Assembly: GCA_005776585.1 (NCBI GenBank)
Contig: SXOX01000143.1
Span: 6,032 to 70,031, forward strand
From: Pseudomonadota bacterium
GTDB lineage: Bacteria > Myxococcota_A > UBA9042 > GCA-2863065
Length of the DNA stretch: 64,000 bases
Reading direction: 5' to 3'
Part shown: positions 58,792 through 64,000 of the stretch, one piece after another
Layout: every line of letters starts with the position of its first letter
How positions within the stretch are numbered: position 1 is the first letter of the stretch
Position numbers and translations under genes: made by a program
Notes under the pieces: model-generated
The model's input: only the letters and a program-made list of their open reading frames with translations
Told to the model about the DNA's origin: nothing
Database searches by the model: none

Positions 58792-59675
58792 TTCACGTTC
58801 TCGCAGGCCACGTTGACGAGCTTGAGCAGCGCATTTCCACCGGCAGCAACGTAGCGGGCGGTTGCGAGTACGGCCTCGGCGTAGCGTACGTCTGGGTGAT
58901 CTGGTTCGTTCGCCGAGGACGTCAGGACAAATTCCGCCATCGACGTGAGATCGCGCTGGTTGAAGGCTGCGGCCGCGGCCAGGACGGCCGTCTCCCGGAC
59001 GGCCGGACCGGGCTGCCCGGCGCGCTCTCCGACGGCGCGGCCGGCGGTGACGACACGATCCCATTGGCCGAGCGAGAAAGCCGCGCGAGCGATGCAGTGC
59101 CAAGCGTGGGGTCCGGGCTCCATCGCCTCTGCGATGGCCAGGTTGCGAGCCTCTTTGCGGAGCACGGACTGCTGGTCCATGTAGCCGACATGCCGAAGTC
59201 GGACCTGCGAGTCGGCCGCGGTCTCGTCGCAGACGTCGACCTGCTCGTGCACGGGAAAACGAAACCGGATGCCGCTCTGTCGGCGGATCCAGCGCGGTAG
59301 GAGTGCCTGCTCGACGCGGCCGTCTGGGAAGGGCAGCGCCATCTCGACCAAGAGCAGGTTGGGCGGATTGGGCATGACGAGCCGCGTCCGAACGCGGTCG
59401 TCGTCGGTCGAGACCACGCGCTCGTCGGCGTCGATGACCAGGATCCAATCGCCGGTTGCGGCGCCGAGCGCGACGTTGCGTGCCGCCGCGAAGTCGTCCC
59501 GCCACGGGATCTCCAGCAGCCGCGCGCCAAAGCGTGCCGCGACCTCGCGGGTGCGGTCGGTCGAGCCCGTGTCCACGACGACCAGCTCGTCGACGAGTCC
59601 ACGCAGGCTCTCGAGGCACCCCGGGAGGAGGGGTTCCTCGTTCCTGACGATGAGAGCGGCGCTAGCGAGCGGCAT
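58788..59675 (-). CDS. family-2 glycosyltransferase with helical C-terminal domain
   Basis: SAALIVRNEEPLLPGCLESL...VVVDTGSTDRT...AARNVALGAATGDWILVIDADE shows the GT2 fold motifs, including DxD. Confidence 0.88.
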   Translation of the reverse strand: MPLASAALIVRNEEPLLPGCLESLRGLVDELVVVDTGSTDRTREVAARFGARLLEIPWRDDFAAARNVALGAATGDWILVIDADERVVSTDDDRVRTRLVMPNPPNLLLVEMALPFPDGRVEQALLPRWIRRQSGIRFRFPVHEQVDVCDETAADSQVRLRHVGYMDQQSVLRKEARNLAIAEAMEPGPHAWHCIARAAFSLGQWDRVVTAGRAVGERAGQPGPAVRETAVLAAAAAFNQRDLTSMAEFVLTSSANEPDHPDVRYAEAVLATARYVAAGGNALLKLVNVACENVK

Positions 59676-59829
59676 GCGGGCACTTTACGACGACGCCAAA
59701 GGAACTCCAGCGTCCCGGTTAAGTTCCCAAGGTTAATTTTTTTTCACCGGAATGATTGGAATTTTTCCTCGGGCGGCACACCGCGCGATCCCGGGCGCAT
59801 GGCGGGCTATGGGTAGTTGGGACCGGAGG

Positions 59830-60984
59830 CTACATCGGCGGTGGCGGACCGCCCGCGTCGGCGGTTCCCGGGGGGCCTGGCGGTGGCGGGCCCTGGAGCG
59901 GTGCGCAGCTCCCTTGCGGTGTACACGCCAGCCCCGGCGGGCACTGACCGTTGCCACACAGAGGCATGCAGACGTTCAGGTGCCCGTCGCACGCATAGCC
60001 AGCACGACACGTCGCGCCACAGCCGACGAGGCACATGCGCCGAACGCCCATCGCCACACAAGCCGAGCCCTCGGGGCAAGGCGCACTCTCGCATGGCGCC
60101 GCGCAGTAGCCACCGGGCCATCCGCCGGTGAAGGGCGAGCCAATGGGCGTCCCCATGAGGCACTGACCCTGGGCGCACTCCATCGGATTCGCGCAGGGCG
60201 CCCCCACGGGGCGATTCGTCGGTGGTGGGCCGACCTGCTTGTCGACACACCTGCCCTCCGGACCGCAGACCAGCGTGCCTCCGCACGAGAAGCCCTGCCG
60301 GCAGTCCGGCATGCACGCGCCGACCGTCGCGTTGCAGACATATCCCTGGCGGCAGGTCCCGCCTTCGGGGCCACACGCGGGGAGGCAATAGCCGCCGTCT
60401 GCCAATGTCACACACGTGGACGACGCGGCACACGCCGCCGTGGCGCTGCACTGCGCCGTGCAGAGTCCGTCGATCCAGCCCGTCGCGGCGCCGCCGTTGG
60501 ACGCATCGAACGCCTCGATGCAGAAGCCGGACGTGCAGGCGTTGTCTCCGTCACAGGCGGCGCCCAGCTCCGCGCCGGTCGGGGACCCGGCGACCAAGGT
60601 GCCGTCGCCACAGACGCCGTCGGTGCCGCAGGTCTGCCCCGTGGGACACGGTGGTCCGCCGCGGCAGTCGGGCACGCACGCGCCGATCGCCGCTTGGCAC
60701 ACCCAGCCACCCCGGCAGCCGCCTGTGCACGCCGCCATGCACAGCTTGCCGGCCGCGAGCGCGACGCACTTTGCGCCATCGACGCACGCGGAGTCATCGC
60801 ACGCCGCCGTGCACGTGCCCCCTGGAAACCCGGTGGGTGCCCCATAGCGGTTCTCCTGGAGGCAGAAGCCTGACGCGCACTCCGTCTTCTCGCTGCACGC
60901 GGAGCCGATGAGCGCGGTCCCTACCTTGCACCCCGAGAGCAAGAGCGCTGCGACGACCAACCCGTTTCGCGCGAGGCCGCTCAT
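59830..60984 (-). CDS. Cys-rich lipoprotein made of three ~110 aa tandem repeats plus Pro-rich tail
   Basis: Lipobox LLLSGC. Three units follow the pattern G..C....C.SG.C........G(W)PGG.C...C....C..G..CV......C...C...CR.GY.C.....C.P.C. They start at GSACSEKTECASGFC, GAACDGDNACTSGFC and GAPCANPMECAQGQC. Confidence 0.8.
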   Translation of the reverse strand: MSGLARNGLVVAALLLSGCKVGTALIGSACSEKTECASGFCLQENRYGAPTGFPGGTCTAACDDSACVDGAKCVALAAGKLCMAACTGGCRGGWVCQAAIGACVPDCRGGPPCPTGQTCGTDGVCGDGTLVAGSPTGAELGAACDGDNACTSGFCIEAFDASNGGAATGWIDGLCTAQCSATAACAASSTCVTLADGGYCLPACGPEGGTCRQGYVCNATVGACMPDCRQGFSCGGTLVCGPEGRCVDKQVGPPPTNRPVGAPCANPMECAQGQCLMGTPIGSPFTGGWPGGYCAAPCESAPCPEGSACVAMGVRRMCLVGCGATCRAGYACDGHLNVCMPLCGNGQCPPGLACTPQGSCAPLQGPPPPGPPGTADAGGPPPPM

Positions 60985-60985
60985 C

Positions 60986-61606
60986 TCAGAGCGCCTTGAG
61001 TCCGGCGAGCGCGCTGGCGTTCTGGCGCCGAATCAGCAGCACGCGCTCGAACAGCTCCTTCGCCGCCGGCTTGTTGCCGCGTCGGATGTGACTCCAGCCG
61101 AGCCCCAGCATCATGTCGAGGTCCGACGGGTACTCCTCCAGCACGGCCTTGTAGTCCGCCTCGGCCTCGGCGTAGCGGCCCATCGAGAAGTGGATGTAGG
61201 CCAGCCGACTCGCGGCGAGGTAGTTGCGCGGCGCAAGCTTGAGGATGGCCGTCGCGAGCTTCTCGGCAGCGGCCCACTTCTGCTGTGCCATGAGCGGCAG
61301 CATGGCGCCCAGTCTGGGCTCGAGCGCCTTTGGAGCGAGCGCCGACGCCTTGTCGTAGTACGTGATGGCCTCCCCGTAGTGCCCCAACAGATACGACAGC
61401 CAACCTGCCCGCAACACGGCGACGTAGTTGGAGCCGTCTTCGGCCAAGATGGCTTGGACGTCCTTGAGCGCGCGGTCGTTCTTGTTGGTCGCCTCGCTCG
61501 CGAACGACGACTCGAAGAGCTTCGCGATGCCCTCGCGATCGGCCATCGCGCTCGTCGCGGAGAGCACCATCGTTGCGGCGAACAGCTTCGTCAGGGTGGT
61601 CATCAT
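60986..61606 (-). CDS. secreted TPR-repeat protein
   Basis: AAGGGAGAAGGA sits just upstream of ATG 61606 (the ORF-track start 61636 is less likely). Signal peptide MMTTLTKLFAATMVLSATSAMA. TPR-like helices, for example LGHYGEAITYYDKASALAP and MGRYAEAEADYKAVLEEYP. Confidence 0.8.
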   Translation of the reverse strand: MMTTLTKLFAATMVLSATSAMADREGIAKLFESSFASEATNKNDRALKDVQAILAEDGSNYVAVLRAGWLSYLLGHYGEAITYYDKASALAPKALEPRLGAMLPLMAQQKWAAAEKLATAILKLAPRNYLAASRLAYIHFSMGRYAEAEADYKAVLEEYPSDLDMMLGLGWSHIRRGNKPAAKELFERVLLIRRQNASALAGLKAL

Positions 61607-61642
61607 GTTCCGTCCTTCTCCCTTGCTCTGGGTCATGCTCAG

Positions 61643-62917
61643 CTAGAAGCTCGTGCGGATGCCCAACGTGGCGCCCACACGGTGAAAGGTGCGACTCTCG
61701 CCGGAGGTCTCGTCGCCGATGTCGTGACGAAACTCCAGCTCCAACCCGACATTCGGTACGGGCCAGTAGGTTGCCCCGACGCGATAGCCGCCAATGAAGC
61801 GTACGTCGCTCGTGTACATCGTGAGGCCCTCGTCTTCGACGAACGCCCGGCGCGGCCCGCCCCAGCCGACGAGGCGCAGCTCCAGGTCTCCACGGGGCGC
61901 CCACGTCAGCCCGAGCTGACCCGAGAACAGAATGGCGCTGCTGACGGTCGACGTCGCGCTCTTCAAGACGAGGAGGTCAGGGCCCAGCGACAGACGCAGG
62001 CGACCCGACAGCAGGCTGACCTCGAAGCGCGGACGGGCTTGAAACGTCACCAGATCCGAGTGAGCGCTGACGGCGAGGTCGAGCTTGCCGCCGAACACGT
62101 CGTGCTGAATGCCAACGCCGAGCGTGACCACCCCCGTCTGGTTGTTCGTGTCGCTGCTCGAGAGCAGCACGCCGCCCGACAGCGTCCCCGTCCATCGGCC
62201 GCGCCCGAGGTAGAGGCCCAAGATCGGCGTCACCGACCAGTAGTTGCTCGACCCATAGCGCAGCTCGGAGTGGACGAAGCTCGTCCCGAGCCACAGCCCG
62301 ACGCGATAGGGCCACTCCACGCCCAAGGTGACAGTCGCTCCCTTGACGTCCTTCACATTCCACGGAGCCGGGTCGCGCAGATAGGTGCCGTAAGCGCCGA
62401 TGGCGATGCGAACGGGCCGTGTCGTGTCCAGGCGCTGGCAGTCTGCCGGCCGTGTATCGCCGTCTACCGCTGCGACGCTGGCGCAGAGGGCCCGACCTCG
62501 CGCGGTTTCTCCCAGCCGGACGAGCGTCAGTCCCAGGCCAAGCGTGAGCTCGCGGTCCGAGGGGTTCTCCGCAAGCAGCGCCTCGTACAGCGGCCGTGCC
62601 TCGCCGAAACGTCCCGTGGCGTACTTCACGAGCGCGAGACGGGCACGCGCGAAGGTGTCCTTGGGCGCAATCGCCAGCGCTCGCTGACACGCCTCCTCTG
62701 CCGCGACCCAGCGCGCCGCGACGATGTTGGCCCACGAGAGCCCGAGCCAGGGGTCGAGTGAGGCCGGGTACTGTTTGGCGACGCGTGTGTAGGCGTCGAT
62801 GGCTTCGTCAGTCTTGCCCGAATCCAGCAGCGACCAGGCAAGGGCGAGGTCCTCGGCCTCCGTGGCCGCGGCCGTCGTCGCGCAGCAAAGGCAGGCGGTC
62901 ACAAGGACTAGTCGCAT
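61643..62917 (-). CDS. TPR domain fused to a C-terminal outer-membrane beta-barrel
   Basis: Signal peptide MRLVLVTACLCCATTAAA. ~170 aa of TPR (GKTDEAIDAYTRVAKQYP, GRFGEARPLYEALLAENP) are followed by ~250 aa of alternating beta-strand pattern ending in the OMP-type terminal GATLGIRTSF. Confidence 0.8.
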   Translation of the reverse strand: MRLVLVTACLCCATTAAATEAEDLALAWSLLDSGKTDEAIDAYTRVAKQYPASLDPWLGLSWANIVAARWVAAEEACQRALAIAPKDTFARARLALVKYATGRFGEARPLYEALLAENPSDRELTLGLGLTLVRLGETARGRALCASVAAVDGDTRPADCQRLDTTRPVRIAIGAYGTYLRDPAPWNVKDVKGATVTLGVEWPYRVGLWLGTSFVHSELRYGSSNYWSVTPILGLYLGRGRWTGTLSGGVLLSSSDTNNQTGVVTLGVGIQHDVFGGKLDLAVSAHSDLVTFQARPRFEVSLLSGRLRLSLGPDLLVLKSATSTVSSAILFSGQLGLTWAPRGDLELRLVGWGGPRRAFVEDEGLTMYTSDVRFIGGYRVGATYWPVPNVGLELEFRHDIGDETSGESRTFHRVGATLGIRTSF

Positions 62918-64000
62918 CGGATCGCCTCCATCAGCAGCTTGCCGGCGCGAAAGGCCTGAATCCGCGACGCGCCCTCGCCGTGAAGGTGCGCCACAGTGAT
63001 GCGGTCGGGCAGGTGACCTGCCCCGACGACGCGTTGGGTCTCGAGCGCCGTCTCCACGGTAAAGCCGCGCTCGTCGCGCTGCAGTCGAGTCGAGGTCGGC
63101 ACCGCACCCGCCGAAGTGAACGGCATCAGCAGCTCAGCCAGGATGCGGGCGGGCCACGCGACGAGCGCCGTTACGGCCGGGCTATCCACCCACGTGACCT
63201 CGCGCGTGTCGAGGTGCGGCACGCGCCCCATCGCCAGGTAGAACGTCCCAAGCAGCGTGTGTCGGGGTCCGCGATAGTCGAGCACCGTGGTGTAGCGCTC
63301 ATCGGAGTGGATCGCCGCGCGTGCCGGCTGGCCTTCGACGACGACGAGCTCGCGTGTTCCCAGCGCGTCGATGTGGCTCTCCCAGACCTCATCGAAGGTG
63401 CGCTTTCCGGCCCGCACGTGCCAGTGAAAGCGCCGGCCCGGCGACAGCGTGAGCGCCTGTCGCACGGCCGCGTCGACGCTCACGGAGGCAATGTCCTGGC
63501 CCTGGGTTGGGACGCCGTAGGTGACATAGCGCTGGTTCTTGTGCTCGTGGGTCACGTAGTGCAGCAGCTCGCCATAGAGCGTGGGTGCGCCGATCTCCGC
63601 AGAGCGCTGCACCTGGAAGTGCAGGTGCGGCAATGGCGAGCGGCCGGAGTTTCCGACGCGGCCGAGCGGCTGCCCGACGGTCACGAGCTCGCCCTCGACC
63701 ACCGTGATGCTCTCCTTTTGAAGGTGACACAGGGCTGTGTAGACCTCACCGGCGTGCCATAGCAGGACGAGGTTGCCCCAGTTGTTGACTGTGTCGACCT
63801 CCCCGATGGGGTTGTCGTCGAGGTGATTGACGACCCGCACGACGCGCCCTGCCGCTGGAGCGACGACCGGCGCGCGATACGCGTGGAAGTCGGTGAGCGC
63901 CGTGCCGTCCCCTCGAAACGGGCGGTCATCCTCGCCGACGACCTCGAAGTCCCAGGCATGGCGCCACGCGCCTTGATGCGTGCGGTCGCCATCGTGGCCT
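62908..64000 (-). CDS. M23-family metallopeptidase, 5'-truncated by the window edge
   Basis: The ORF-track GTG 63840 is internal. The same frame stays open to nt 64000 and encodes HAWDF (the HxxxD motif) at about 63946-63960. It then encodes DFHAYRAPVVAPAAGRVV, LLWHAGEVYTALCHLQKESITVVEGELVTVGQPLGRVGNSGRSPLPHLHFQV (the HxH motif). A ~220 aa C-terminal domain is unassigned. Confidence 0.85.
   Translation of the reverse strand, partial: GHDGDRTHQGAWRHAWDFEVVGEDDRPFRGDGTALTDFHAYRAPVVAPAAGRVVRVVNHLDDNPIGEVDTVNNWGNLVLLWHAGEVYTALCHLQKESITVVEGELVTVGQPLGRVGNSGRSPLPHLHFQVQRSAEIGAPTLYGELLHYVTHEHKNQRYVTYGVPTQGQDIASVSVDAAVRQALTLSPGRRFHWHVRAGKRTFDEVWESHIDALGTRELVVVEGQPARAAIHSDERYTTVLDYRGPRHTLLGTFYLAMGRVPHLDTREVTWVDSPAVTALVAWPARILAELLMPFTSAGAVPTSTRLQRDERGFTVETALETQRVVGAGHLPDRITVAHLHGEGASRIQAFRAGKLLMEAIRCD

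Overview
This is a very GC-rich, gene-dense bacterial chromosomal window (third codon positions are almost all G/C by eye; GC was not computed). The content points to a myxobacterium, which is inference and not a database result. The pointers are a lipoprotein-rich secretome, Myxococcus-type Cys-rich repeats, a MYXO-CTERM-like sorting signal, DUF1552/DUF1592 and DUF1501 pairs, and TSP3/OmpA proteins. I can support 43 protein-coding genes, one tRNA-Pro(CGG), two decayed IS66-family remnants, one 242-bp MITE-like inverted-repeat element and one OmpA-type pseudogene fragment. No rRNA, CRISPR array or prophage is present. One ORF (22161-36416, minus strand, 4751 codons) fills 22% of the window and encodes a mosaic surface protein. 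In order it has a signal peptide, a 7x propeller-like repeat, Cys-rich repeats, about 11 Ig/cadherin-like VNDAP repeats and three paralogous roughly 270-295 aa modules. These are followed by a lamin-tail domain and about 1050 aa of thrombospondin-type-3 repeats. After that comes a C-terminal-sorting-signal-like segment that runs, with no stop codon, into a fresh signal peptide plus a complete OmpA-family outer-membrane protein. The other notable items are listed here. (a) Three tandem phage-tail-collar (MdpB-like) genes sit with a GNAT, a small convergent gene and a Tat-signal protein, with no phage context. (b) A 271-bp diverged copy of the giant gene's 3' end lies 17.7 kb away and is spliced to a fragment of its TSP3 region (mosaic pseudogene). 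(c) A TA-flanked MITE-like element fills a convergent intergenic gap. (d) Two analogous CxxCH-protein plus DUF1552/DUF1501 modules are present. (e) A thioester alpha-2-macroglobulin operon includes VanW and AMMECR1 partners. Most long ORF-track entries that lie antisense or out of frame to these genes are GC artefacts with Arg/Pro/Ala-rich translations. Many true starts lie downstream of the ORF-track starts. I placed them using lipoboxes or signal peptides, Shine-Dalgarno sequences and 4-nt ATGA/GTGA stop-start overlaps, which are pervasive here. Family names and accessions are from memory and need HMM confirmation.
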